A stretch of 64,000 bases of DNA, from the IMG/VR virus record IMGVR_UViG_3300042561_002102, one strand, 5' to 3'. The notes under the pieces are model-generated. The model was not told the origin of the DNA. It made no database searches and worked only from the letters and a program-made list of their open reading frames with translations. The stretch's first letter is position 1. Each line of letters opens with the position of its first letter. Shown piece by piece: positions 1 to 8,786 of this stretch. This DNA comes from a virus. Taxonomy: Duplodnaviria > Caudoviricetes. Both the position numbers and the translations under genes were made by a program.

Positions 1-77
1 GGTGACTCGACTATTGACCTATCAATTTCTTCTAAAAAGACACCGGGTCTTTTATATTTTCCAATTTGAATTGCCAT
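1..77 (-). CDS. Contractile tail sheath protein, N-terminal fragment (runs off window start; not in ORF track)
   Basis: ATG at 77 on the minus strand translates MAIQIGKYKRPGVFLEEIDRSIVES, matching the typical sheath N-terminal PGV(Y/F)xxE(I)DxS motif; TATATATA at ~100-107 upstream. Confidence 0.75.
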   Translation of the reverse strand, partial: MAIQIGKYKRPGVFLEEIDRSIVES

Positions 78-135
78 ATTTTTTTATTTATTTTGATACT
101 ATATATATTTATTTAAAAGTGATTTTTTACACTTT

Positions 136-990
136 TTAGGATAGTAGAGCGAAATACTCTTTAAAATGTTTCAAACGATCCGCAAGACCGATTGTTCCAC
201 CATTTACTCTTTTCGTTACCGCAGTTACTGTCGCTTCATCACTACCTTTATCACAAATAGCCCAGAGTTTGTTAGAGTCAAAGAAAAAAGCTGCTGATGC
301 TAGAGGATATTTACTAGCTACAAGATCAGGATTGGCAACTGTATCTTCACCTATAAACTTAGCAAAATTAGTATAGTTCGATTTACCGGTGAGTTGGATA
401 TAACCACGACCTCTAAACTTATAACCTTCTTTTGTAGATTCGTCACCATTACCCATACGACCACCGTATACTTTAGATGCTATTTTTTCTGGATTTTTAG
501 CGTAAGAATCAGCAGTGGTGCCAGGGAAATATTTTGGAAATATCTTTTTAAGACCATCAGCTGAGTAATTGAGATTTTCTTGGATGTGCTTGAATCCACC
601 AGATTCATGACCACACTGTGCTAGAAAATGAGCTAAACGAAGTGGTGTAGTAATATTGAATTTCTTAGCAGTGTCAGGTATTTGAGCTATTACGGCATCA
701 GGAATATGACCTTTTAGTTTTTCAAGTTTGAACGTAGAATCTGTTGGAAATACGACATCTTCTTTGATTGGTTTTGCTGCGGCCGGTGCTGTAGGTGCAG
801 TAGTTGCTGCTGGAAACATTTTCGCCCAAGTTCCATCACCAACAATACCATCTGCTGTAAGTCCGTTAGCTGCTTGCCACTCTTTTACTTTCTTTTCAGT
901 TCCAGGACCGAATACTCCATCAGCAGCCAATCCTAATTTTTGTTGAAGTTTTTTTACTTCTTCACCTTTTGAATTTAATTTAATGACCAT
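136..990 (-). CDS. Endolysin: N-terminal peptidoglycan-binding domain + GH19 (chitinase/lysozyme-like) catalytic domain
   Basis: N-terminal GEEVKKLQQKLG..ADGVFGPGTEKKVKEWQ..NGL.ADGIVG (PG_binding_1); LAHFLAQCGHESGGF, ENLNYS and FRGRGYIQLTGKSNY are GH19 phage lysin motifs. Confidence 0.92.
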   Translation of the reverse strand: MVIKLNSKGEEVKKLQQKLGLAADGVFGPGTEKKVKEWQAANGLTADGIVGDGTWAKMFPAATTAPTAPAAAKPIKEDVVFPTDSTFKLEKLKGHIPDAVIAQIPDTAKKFNITTPLRLAHFLAQCGHESGGFKHIQENLNYSADGLKKIFPKYFPGTTADSYAKNPEKIASKVYGGRMGNGDESTKEGYKFRGRGYIQLTGKSNYTNFAKFIGEDTVANPDLVASKYPLASAAFFFDSNKLWAICDKGSDEATVTAVTKRVNGGTIGLADRLKHFKEYFALLS

Positions 991-1036
991 AGTTTTTTAT
1001 TTTTTTTTTTTAGGATATATATAAAATCAAAAATTA

Positions 1037-1438
1037 TTATTTTTTCATGGCGTTTTCAAGTGACTGACGAAGAGCTGAAGAAAACTCAGTTCTCTCGAAA
1101 GGAAGTTTTTCATCTTGAAGTTGAAGTAAGGTTGAGGATACAGAAGTTTTGTTTGATCCTTCACCGATATACTCTTTGCCGTCGATAATAATTTTTGTTT
1201 TAACAATCGTTTTCTTTTGCTTGAACTCGAAAGGTCCGATACGAATACCTTTTGTTGGTGCTTCGATTGAAAGTATTTCTACGTTAATAGCTCTGCCGCT
1301 ATCACATAAGGTATATCTATCGTTAGCAAGTTCCGTAACGATTTGTTTTGCTCCGTAGGTTAGTTTTGTATCTTGGACACCGTTCATGTGAGCGAGTGTT
1401 ATAACACTCGCTATAAAGTAACAAATAATTGAATCCAT
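1037..1438 (-). CDS. Small CsgG-like fold protein (paralog-like to 5767..6459)
   Basis: Segments YGAKQIVTEL, IGEGSNKT and FERTEFSSALRQSLENAM parallel LGVSNRIVENL, SGQGQSTQ and FDQSTVGIATQKALEVAT in the 230-aa CsgG-like protein. Confidence 0.45.
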   Translation of the reverse strand: MDSIICYFIASVITLAHMNGVQDTKLTYGAKQIVTELANDRYTLCDSGRAINVEILSIEAPTKGIRIGPFEFKQKKTIVKTKIIIDGKEYIGEGSNKTSVSSTLLQLQDEKLPFERTEFSSALRQSLENAMKK

Positions 1439-1499
1439 TTTTAATTTCTAGATTTTATCTTGAAATTTTTAATTTCAAGTATAGTTATATATCTAGAAA

Positions 1500-2669
1500 T
1501 TAATCTTGAATTTTAGAAGCAGTTGTTGTAGTTCTGTGTTTACCTTTTGAAACTATCCATATTAGTGAAGTATTCTCAAAGGTTCTAGTATGACTCAGAG
1601 GTCTTGTCAGGTAGTAATTTGGTAAAGTAGAGTTTTGTTCTATATCGAGTTTTTCGGCGTTGGAAAACACTAGATTTTGATTTAATGTTGAATTATTCCA
1701 AAATATATTCCAAGCAGATTTAATATCAAAATAATTTGTTGTAGAGTCTGAGGTTATATCACAAGTGTAAAAATCCCAACTTCTCATCTCTGATGGAAAA
1801 GTTTTCATAAAGAGTAAATAATTCAGTTCTGATTCTATTATTGTGTTAGAGTATTGTGAACTATTTATTGTAGCTCTGAACGTATAGTTTTGTGGATTAG
1901 AAAATGAAGAATTACCCTGCGTATTTGTAAGAATAGTTCCTTGTGGTATCCAAGTTGAACTCTGAACGAAAGGCGTAAAAAGGACGGAGGAGTTAGAGGT
2001 TCCGCTCCAATTTGAACCATTCCTTCCTGGTGTGGTGATTATTTGAGAGTTATCACTATTTGAAATACCCTGTAATGAAGATAGAGAAGCGCAACCAGGG
2101 TGCGAGAGTAGATTTATTCTTACAGTGTTGGTAGTTTCTGATAATACTATTTGAAAATCAGTAAAGAGAGTAGTAGTTGTTCTACAATTATAATATCCAA
2201 TGTGATAACTTACTATAAATCTTCTATTTGGTTGTGATCCGGTAGTTTGGTATCTAACAAAATATCCGGATATCGGAAAGAGATCCATAGCGTTTGCGTG
2301 TATTCCGTTTCTTACTGTATTATTTGGAGAACCACCAACGATATCACCACCCGTATTGGTAAATGAAATCCATCCGTTAGAGCAGATATTTACAGTTGTA
2401 AAATTAGTTCCCCAGTAATTGAAAGTAAAACCAATTGGTAGATTTGATATAGTCTGGTCATCACCGAGAGTAAGTGAAGTTCCTGATGTTGATTCATAAG
2501 CATATGGAACAGATCCTTGTGTGTATCCAGTCTGACCTGGAACAAAATGTTCAACCGTTACTGGAATTCCCTGTGGTATTCTACCATCAATAGTAGAAAT
2601 AGTAATAACTTGGCCAAATACAACACTTGATAAAAAGAGAAAATACGTAACAATTCTAAATATTTTCAT
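1500..2669 (-). CDS. Secreted protein (signal peptide) with beta-sandwich insert and C-terminal dockerin-like module
   Basis: Likely start at ATG 2669 (MKIFRIVTYFLFLSSVVFGQ signal peptide); FTFNYWG..FTTVNICSNGWISF domain typical of Bacteroidota surface proteins; CDITSDSTTNYFD EF-hand-like loop near the C-terminus. Confidence 0.6.
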   Translation of the reverse strand: MKIFRIVTYFLFLSSVVFGQVITISTIDGRIPQGIPVTVEHFVPGQTGYTQGSVPYAYESTSGTSLTLGDDQTISNLPIGFTFNYWGTNFTTVNICSNGWISFTNTGGDIVGGSPNNTVRNGIHANAMDLFPISGYFVRYQTTGSQPNRRFIVSYHIGYYNCRTTTTLFTDFQIVLSETTNTVRINLLSHPGCASLSSLQGISNSDNSQIITTPGRNGSNWSGTSNSSVLFTPFVQSSTWIPQGTILTNTQGNSSFSNPQNYTFRATINSSQYSNTIIESELNYLLFMKTFPSEMRSWDFYTCDITSDSTTNYFDIKSAWNIFWNNSTLNQNLVFSNAEKLDIEQNSTLPNYYLTRPLSHTRTFENTSLIWIVSKGKHRTTTTASKIQD

Positions 2670-2707
2670 TTTAATATATATAAACAAAAAAATAAAAGTC
2701 CAAAAAA

Positions 2708-3133
2708 ATGAAACTTATAAAAAAATTTGAAGAGTTTTCACCAGGTGAAAGTTGGGATAATCTTTCTAAAAAAAGGGGCAGAAAATTAGATCATTTAGTA
2801 GGTCAAACACTTAATTTTAATATCATAACTTATCGCACTGAGGATTTCACCAAAGACGAATTAGAATATAAAAGAAAAACTAACTATGTCGGCACTATAA
2901 AACAAGTTCTAGATTGGGATATTTACGAAGAGCCAAAACTTGTTATTGAGTTACCGGAAAGAACATACAAAATAGGATATAACAAAGCAAAAGATATCTT
3001 CTACATAAGTAGATACTATCTAGCTAATCAAATTTTAGGAAAACGAGATGTTGATAAAAATATTTTAGAAGAGTTTAAACAATTTTTCTATAGTCAACTT
3101 TTCGATCTTGACAAACAATACAGAGATCAATAA
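2708..3133 (+). CDS. Hypothetical protein with capsid-targeting-like N-terminus
   Basis: 141-aa ORF with A-rich leader; starts MKLIKKFEEF. Confidence 0.6.
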   Translation: MKLIKKFEEFSPGESWDNLSKKRGRKLDHLVGQTLNFNIITYRTEDFTKDELEYKRKTNYVGTIKQVLDWDIYEEPKLVIELPERTYKIGYNKAKDIFYISRYYLANQILGKRDVDKNILEEFKQFFYSQLFDLDKQYRDQ

Positions 3134-4281
3134 ACTAAATTCTGTTGATTAGTAAAACCCGGTGTTAGTAAATAAAAATTTGACACACCACCATTTGTAG
3201 GTGTAAAAGTGTAAGTAGATTGAATACCAGGTATCGTATTTCTTAGATCTCCAGTGCTAGAAATAAGAGTATTCCACTGAGTTTGTGTGAAAAGAAGTGT
3301 TCTTTTTTGATAGGATAATCCACCTATTCTTCTTGATGTTAAATAAATATCACCAATAGTTATACTATTATCACCCGTAATCTCGTATTTATGGAAATGG
3401 ATAGAACGTAATGGTATTCTTTGTAAAACAATACTATCAATACCTAAAAAATCAGAACTTGTTAGATTTGACAAAGTTGTCGGTATAGTCACTTCTACAG
3501 ACCATTCATCACCAATTAGTCCTGTTGAAGAAAGAGAATATTGACCAGAACTATTTGTTTGTGAAGTTGATTGTAAAGTCCAAGAGCCAGGTGATGAAGT
3601 TGGAATACCAATTTCCGAAGTTTGTAGAGAGTGAGTTGATTGACCGGGTCTTCTCCAAACAACACTAAGACCATCACCTCCGGCATACTCCTGCATTCTA
3701 GCTCGAAAGGTGTATTGAACACCACTTGTTAAGTTAATATTTCCATAAATTGGACCACTCATTCCGTGACCACCGTAATAACTAACTACAAAATTTCCAC
3801 CAATAAATAGATCAGATCCATCATCTGAGTTGATACCAAAAGAATATTGACCACTTGTTTGTGGTATAAATGTTCCAGTAACCTCAACTGAATAATACTC
3901 TCCGTTATTAGGGACTGTGGCTCCTGCGTTTCTGATTGTTGTGAAAGTCGTAAAATTTAGGCAAGTAGTAGTAGGTAGTGTTCCAGTCCATCTAAGTTGT
4001 GTATTTGAAAAACTAGTATTGAATAGTCGATCGAATTCAGATGTTACTGTAGGATATGCTCCGTATTGTGAGGTATTTCCATTTCCCAAGTGTGTTGAGT
4101 ATATTTTCACGTTCATCGTATTAGATAAAACTATAGTAGGTGTTCTTCTGAACAACTTTGTGATAATATTCTGAACAGGAGCATCGCCTTCAGTTCTAAT
4201 AAAACCTGAATGTGTAAAACTTTGCCCTTGAGTCGATAGAGATAAAAAAATAAGTAGTAGTGGAAATATAACTTTTTTCAT
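3127..4281 (-). CDS. Secreted PA14-domain protein with C-terminal dockerin-like module
   Basis: Signal peptide MKKVIFPLLLIFLSLSTQGQ; PA14 motifs YSFGINSDDGSDLFI and GVQYTFRARMQEYAGGDGLSVVW; YEITGDNSITIGDIYL dockerin-like loop. Confidence 0.75.
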   Translation of the reverse strand: MKKVIFPLLLIFLSLSTQGQSFTHSGFIRTEGDAPVQNIITKLFRRTPTIVLSNTMNVKIYSTHLGNGNTSQYGAYPTVTSEFDRLFNTSFSNTQLRWTGTLPTTTCLNFTTFTTIRNAGATVPNNGEYYSVEVTGTFIPQTSGQYSFGINSDDGSDLFIGGNFVVSYYGGHGMSGPIYGNINLTSGVQYTFRARMQEYAGGDGLSVVWRRPGQSTHSLQTSEIGIPTSSPGSWTLQSTSQTNSSGQYSLSSTGLIGDEWSVEVTIPTTLSNLTSSDFLGIDSIVLQRIPLRSIHFHKYEITGDNSITIGDIYLTSRRIGGLSYQKRTLLFTQTQWNTLISSTGDLRNTIPGIQSTYTFTPTNGGVSNFYLLTPGFTNQQNLVY

Positions 4282-5777
4282 AATAGAATTTTAGTTCCTG
4301 TCAGGACTTGCCAGTTTAAAAATGACTGATTTACTTGATAAACACCAGAAAAACTAATAGTCCATTTAAACTTAGAAGTTACTTTCATATCTGTATTTAT
4401 CATAGGAATGAACAATAAACCACTCTGATACCACTGACCTTGGTAATAATAGGTGTAGGGTGAATAAACACCAAGACCTAAAAAATTAATTCCAAGAGAT
4501 CTACCACCCTTGAAATTAGTAAAACCACCACCCATCAATGCCCAGTTTCTAAAATCTTGATCTGATAATTTTCCGGTCGTGAAGGTAGTGCCTGCCATTA
4601 GTGTTACTTTATTAACTTTCTGAGCGTTGAGTAGTGAGGCTGTTAAAAACCAATCGTTGTTAAAATTAGTCATATAAGATGTCGAAAAAATACCCATATA
4701 GTTTTTCATCTTCAAAGAACCATAACCGGACAAATTAAGAATATTCTGACCTGTCTGGTAGTTGATATTTAGACCTTTGATGAAGGTTTGTTCAGTATTT
4801 ACATGTGTTAGTGATGTGTTGAAACGGAAGTTATCATTACCTGTTTTGGTGATATCAGAATCATTTCTAATAACAACTATATCACCTGTAGCAATGAGAG
4901 CACCAGAAGCAACACGTGATGAACCTCGAGATGATTTACCACCACCAGAAGATCCCCCACCATCACTACCTCCACTTTCACCACCACTAGAAACTTGTTG
5001 GTTTTGTTCTCCCAGTGCGGTTACGCCACCAGATTCGGAATTATTTTCTGTAGAACTACCGTTTTGAGTTGAACCACCTCGCTGATTTGACCCACCACCC
5101 CCTCCTGTGTTGTTACCGGGAGCAGAACCATTTCCGGTTCCACCAGTTCCACTACCTGATCCAGAACCACCACCAGAACCAGATCCACCAGTATTTGAAC
5201 CAGATCCACCAGTATTTGAACCAGATGCACCTGAGTTGTTTCCTGAACCATCACCAGCATTACCACCACTGCCACCTGAGTTGTTTCCCGAACCACCACT
5301 AGATGATCCTGAAGAGTTTGAGTTAGATCCATTACCGTTTTGACCTGTAGTTCCTCCAGTTGTGCCGGATCCGATACCACCGACCGAATTTCCTATCGAG
5401 CTAGCCATCGATACAACAGAAGTAAGAGATGCTACATTGTTAGCAGATACACTTCCCAAAAAATTACTTAAATTCGTAGATGCTCCAGAAGCTGCTTGAC
5501 CTCTTTCTGAAGCACACGGATCAGTTCCTGGTGGGAGAGAACTTATAATTCCCTCTCTCCATCTCTCAAGTTCACCATTTTCCATTTCAGCCTGAGTGAA
5601 AGTTCTGAATCTTCCTAAAAAATTAATTGTTACAGAACCACCTATGGGTATTTGAATAGTTTCATTTCTTTGTAAACAACTATTATAATAAGTATAGGTG
5701 AAACTTTGAGCTTTTACACTCAAAATTCCACCTATACAAAGTGTTAAAATAAACGATAATAAAAATTTACCAACCAT
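4278..5777 (-). CDS. Secreted Gly/Ser/Asn-rich protein with predicted C-terminal outer-membrane beta-barrel
   Basis: Signal peptide, ~150-aa G/S/N/T low-complexity middle, and a C-terminal ~200 aa of alternating hydrophobic/aromatic strands ending WQVLTGTKILL. Confidence 0.6.
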   Translation of the reverse strand: MVGKFLLSFILTLCIGGILSVKAQSFTYTYYNSCLQRNETIQIPIGGSVTINFLGRFRTFTQAEMENGELERWREGIISSLPPGTDPCASERGQAASGASTNLSNFLGSVSANNVASLTSVVSMASSIGNSVGGIGSGTTGGTTGQNGNGSNSNSSGSSSGGSGNNSGGSGGNAGDGSGNNSGASGSNTGGSGSNTGGSGSGGGSGSGSGTGGTGNGSAPGNNTGGGGGSNQRGGSTQNGSSTENNSESGGVTALGEQNQQVSSGGESGGSDGGGSSGGGKSSRGSSRVASGALIATGDIVVIRNDSDITKTGNDNFRFNTSLTHVNTEQTFIKGLNINYQTGQNILNLSGYGSLKMKNYMGIFSTSYMTNFNNDWFLTASLLNAQKVNKVTLMAGTTFTTGKLSDQDFRNWALMGGGFTNFKGGRSLGINFLGLGVYSPYTYYYQGQWYQSGLLFIPMINTDMKVTSKFKWTISFSGVYQVNQSFLNWQVLTGTKILL

Positions 5778-6459
5778 TTTGCTCCAGACGCTTTACTAGG
5801 TTCATTGTAGCAACCTCCAAAGCTTTCTGAGTAGCAATACCAACAGTTGATTGGTCAAATCCCATTTCTGGGTTCTTAAAGTAACCTTCACCGAATTGTG
5901 TAGATTGACCTTGACCAGAAGCAACGATATATTGTGAATTTTCTACATTAACTAAACGAATCTGAATACCCATAATAGTAGTATTGGTTTTCTTCAACTT
6001 ACCTTTATCGTAGTTTTCTGAGTATGATACAGAAAAATCATAAATCTCTGCGTAAACGATATATTTTGGTAAGCGAATACCCTGCATTTTTAGTTTAGTT
6101 TTACCATCGTCAAGACCGTCGATTTTCTTTTCCCAGGCGTCGAGCATTTGATTGACTACGGCGTCTTTTTCTTCGGTAAATTCAAAACGATTGGTATATA
6201 ATAGATTTTCTACAATACGGTTAGATACACCAAGACCTAGTCTTTTTTCCCTAAGTTCAGGAAAAGTTTCCCAGAGTTCTTTGTTGACATTCAATTTTGA
6301 AAGCTGCACGGTTTGTTTTTTACCCGTGTAGGTTGAGATAGATTCTAGTGTTCTATCAGTTTTTTCAAAATCCGCTTGATATTGTGTGGTCGAAATACTA
6401 GATTTACAACCAACTACCATCAAGAAACTTAGTGAGAGAATCGATAACCAGTTTTTCAT
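5767..6459 (-). CDS. CsgG-like (curli assembly/transport family) outer-membrane lipoprotein
   Basis: Lipobox LMVVGC; LGLGVSNRIVENLLYTNRFEFTEE, YIVYAEIYDFS and IQIRLVNVENSQYI follow the CsgG/TolB_N-like family pattern. Confidence 0.72.
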   Translation of the reverse strand: MKNWLSILSLSFLMVVGCKSSISTTQYQADFEKTDRTLESISTYTGKKQTVQLSKLNVNKELWETFPELREKRLGLGVSNRIVENLLYTNRFEFTEEKDAVVNQMLDAWEKKIDGLDDGKTKLKMQGIRLPKYIVYAEIYDFSVSYSENYDKGKLKKTNTTIMGIQIRLVNVENSQYIVASGQGQSTQFGEGYFKNPEMGFDQSTVGIATQKALEVATMNLVKRLEQNGW

Positions 6460-6860
6460 TCTTCTCCCTCCTGTTCTTGTTGTTTTTGTCTGAGTCTTTT
6501 CATTCTCTCGGCTGGTGTTTCTTTCTTTTCCTCAGCAGGCGCAGCGGCTGGCTGAGCCTGTGGTTGAGATGCTGGCGCTACTTCTCTGATAGTTTCTTTC
6601 TCTCTGATGACGGTCGTTCCACCACCTCCAGAGTTACTCGATGCGTTGTTTTGGTTGTTGTTTTCCAAGTTGAGATTTATAACCGGAGCAGCCGCTGGTG
6701 CTACTTGTTCAGTTTTTGTCTCTTCACTGTCGTTTCCACCACCTCCGAAGAGAGTAGTAGAAATCCATACACCACCACCTGTTACCACAGTTGCTAGTGT
6801 GCCTACGATGGTCTTTTTCAATCCACCCCAGGTTCCGTCATTTTCGGTTTCTTCTGCCAT
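6456..6860 (-). CDS. Small single-TM membrane protein
   Basis: Hydrophobic segment IVGTLATVVTGGGVWISTTLF followed by a low-complexity N/A/P/E tail; overlaps the next gene by 4 nt (ATGA-type coupling). Confidence 0.6.
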   Translation of the reverse strand: MAEETENDGTWGGLKKTIVGTLATVVTGGGVWISTTLFGGGGNDSEETKTEQVAPAAAPVINLNLENNNQNNASSNSGGGGTTVIREKETIREVAPASQPQAQPAAAPAEEKKETPAERMKRLRQKQQEQEGEE

Positions 6861-6879
6861 AGTTTTTTTTTGTTTTTTT

Positions 6880-8781
6880 TTATTTTTTAATAAACTTATA
6901 TATTTTTTGTTTTGTTCCTGTAGTTAATCTAACAAAATATAAGCCTGGCTTAAGAGTATTTGTTTCAATTCTTCTAGTGACGGTCTGATCTTGTGCTACA
7001 AACTGTGTTTCAGCGCTGTGTAGTTTTCCAGATAGATCGTAGATTTCTGAAGTTAGATTGTCTGGTGTTGTTTGAAAATAATCTACATACATTTCATCTA
7101 CAACTGGGTTTGGATACACTCTGAAACCATTTACAAGTTGATCTACAAGATCTCTAGCTCTTCTACCGTTTACGATTGTAGCATCGGTTGGTGAAGGAAT
7201 GATATTCAAATCTTGTGCTTTATCACTACCAGCTGCTTTATTGATTATTTGTATAGGTGATTCTTCCCAGTTATTGTTTAGGATTTCAAATTTGAAGTTA
7301 AACATCTGAGTTGGATTAGTGATTAGAGAAGGTGACATTTTTGATTCGTGACCACCCCATAGAATTTCACCTGTTTTCGATGAGATAAATGAGTTCCAAG
7401 CACTTGCCTCTTGTCCTACATTAACACCTACAAATTTAAAGATTTGAGGATTGTATTTTAGACCGATTTGAGAAGCACCTACTTTGTTACCATGTGTAAT
7501 AAGTGTTACATTAACATCAACGGTATTATCACCAGAAATAGTAAGTTTAGGTATTCTAAACTGAACTGAATCTTTGATGTTTTGGTAGATCATACCTTGA
7601 TCAAGAACATAAGATGTTCCAGATGTGCCGGTGTTAAGTCTTTGTATTTGAAAAGAAACGTTATTAAGACCCGTTCCAGTAACGTCACCAAGAACATATC
7701 CAAGATAAGTCATTGAGCTCATACCATTAAGTAAGAGATCTACGAGAGTTGTTCCGATGATCGAGGTTTGAAAAGTGTTAGGGTTTGTTATTATTGCATC
7801 AAATTCTGCCTGAGTATAATATCTAACATTGTATTCGTTAGCAACAACTGGTGACCAAGTCGTTCTTCCGGTAGCTAGACGATTAAATATAAGATACGCG
7901 TCAGAAACCGAAATTGAACCACTTCTGTTTACGTCAGCTTGTTGAAACTCATAAGATTGTGCTGTGTCAGCATAAATACTCATATCAGAAAGACGATAAG
8001 CATCTGTGATATTGATAGCTGAGTTATCAGAAAGTGTATCTAAATTTGATACTAATTTCACGTCATAGAAAGAAGTATCGTAAGGTATTTTGATACCAGC
8101 AATACCAAAGGTGTTGGTAGTGAATCTTTGACCTCTTTGATAAGCTTGTGCTGACTTTAGTTTATAGTCAAAGGCAAATGGCATTCCACTTGCAGGAGTT
8201 CCATCAACATTTAATACCGATACTGGTATTAAAAGAGTATCCATCTGAAATCTACCACCAAGATTGTAAGTTCCTAGTGTGTTATCAATACCACTTGTAG
8301 TTGTAGCGATATTGTTGTAGGTTGGTGTTCCAGTGACTCTAAGTGAGTCTACAGATGAAGGATTGAAACCAACATTATGTGGAAGTAAAACCTCGAATAC
8401 TGCGCCATCTGGCCAATCAAAAACAGCCGAAGATCCGGTGTAGATGGCTGTTGCATTTACCCAACCTGGTTGTGAATAATAAGAACCATATTTGGTGGAT
8501 ATCGATGTTGTTGTAGGCCCCCATTTAACAATTGGTTGTTTGAATGAAGCCTGTGGATAAAAAAATCTAACCTGAAAACCAGCATAGTTTGTAAGGGTTG
8601 GATTGTGATAGTGAAGATAAACTTTAGTAGTATCTTGAAGAATACTACCAAGTGTAAACACAGTGTCGATAATAAAGTGTGGAGAAGATGAGTTTGGTGA
8701 TATCAAAACTTCATTTCTACCATTTTGGCCGAACGCATTGAGCGTTATTAGGGCAAAAAGCCCTACAAGAAACTTTTTCAT
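6880..8781 (-). CDS. T9SS cargo protein with cohesin-like, dockerin-like and second cohesin-like domains plus a type-A C-terminal sorting domain
   Basis: Signal peptide ending AFGQ; YAGFQVRFFYP and VGASQIGLKYNPQIFKF cohesin-like strands; ADVNRSGSISVSDAYLI dockerin loop; CTD VYPNP...IYDLSGK...LKPGLYFVRL...KFIKK. Confidence 0.82.
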   Translation of the reverse strand: MKKFLVGLFALITLNAFGQNGRNEVLISPNSSSPHFIIDTVFTLGSILQDTTKVYLHYHNPTLTNYAGFQVRFFYPQASFKQPIVKWGPTTTSISTKYGSYYSQPGWVNATAIYTGSSAVFDWPDGAVFEVLLPHNVGFNPSSVDSLRVTGTPTYNNIATTTSGIDNTLGTYNLGGRFQMDTLLIPVSVLNVDGTPASGMPFAFDYKLKSAQAYQRGQRFTTNTFGIAGIKIPYDTSFYDVKLVSNLDTLSDNSAINITDAYRLSDMSIYADTAQSYEFQQADVNRSGSISVSDAYLIFNRLATGRTTWSPVVANEYNVRYYTQAEFDAIITNPNTFQTSIIGTTLVDLLLNGMSSMTYLGYVLGDVTGTGLNNVSFQIQRLNTGTSGTSYVLDQGMIYQNIKDSVQFRIPKLTISGDNTVDVNVTLITHGNKVGASQIGLKYNPQIFKFVGVNVGQEASAWNSFISSKTGEILWGGHESKMSPSLITNPTQMFNFKFEILNNNWEESPIQIINKAAGSDKAQDLNIIPSPTDATIVNGRRARDLVDQLVNGFRVYPNPVVDEMYVDYFQTTPDNLTSEIYDLSGKLHSAETQFVAQDQTVTRRIETNTLKPGLYFVRLTTGTKQKIYKFIKK

Positions 8782-8786
8782 GGCTA

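Noticed and set aside
35-53. Hairpin aaaagac-accgg-gtctttt resembling a terminator
   Set aside because: It lies inside the minus-strand tail sheath coding start (KRPGVF), so it is probably coincidental.
4762-5380. Pro-rich and His-rich overlapping ORFs
   Set aside because: Shadows of the Gly/Ser-rich tract of 4278..5777.
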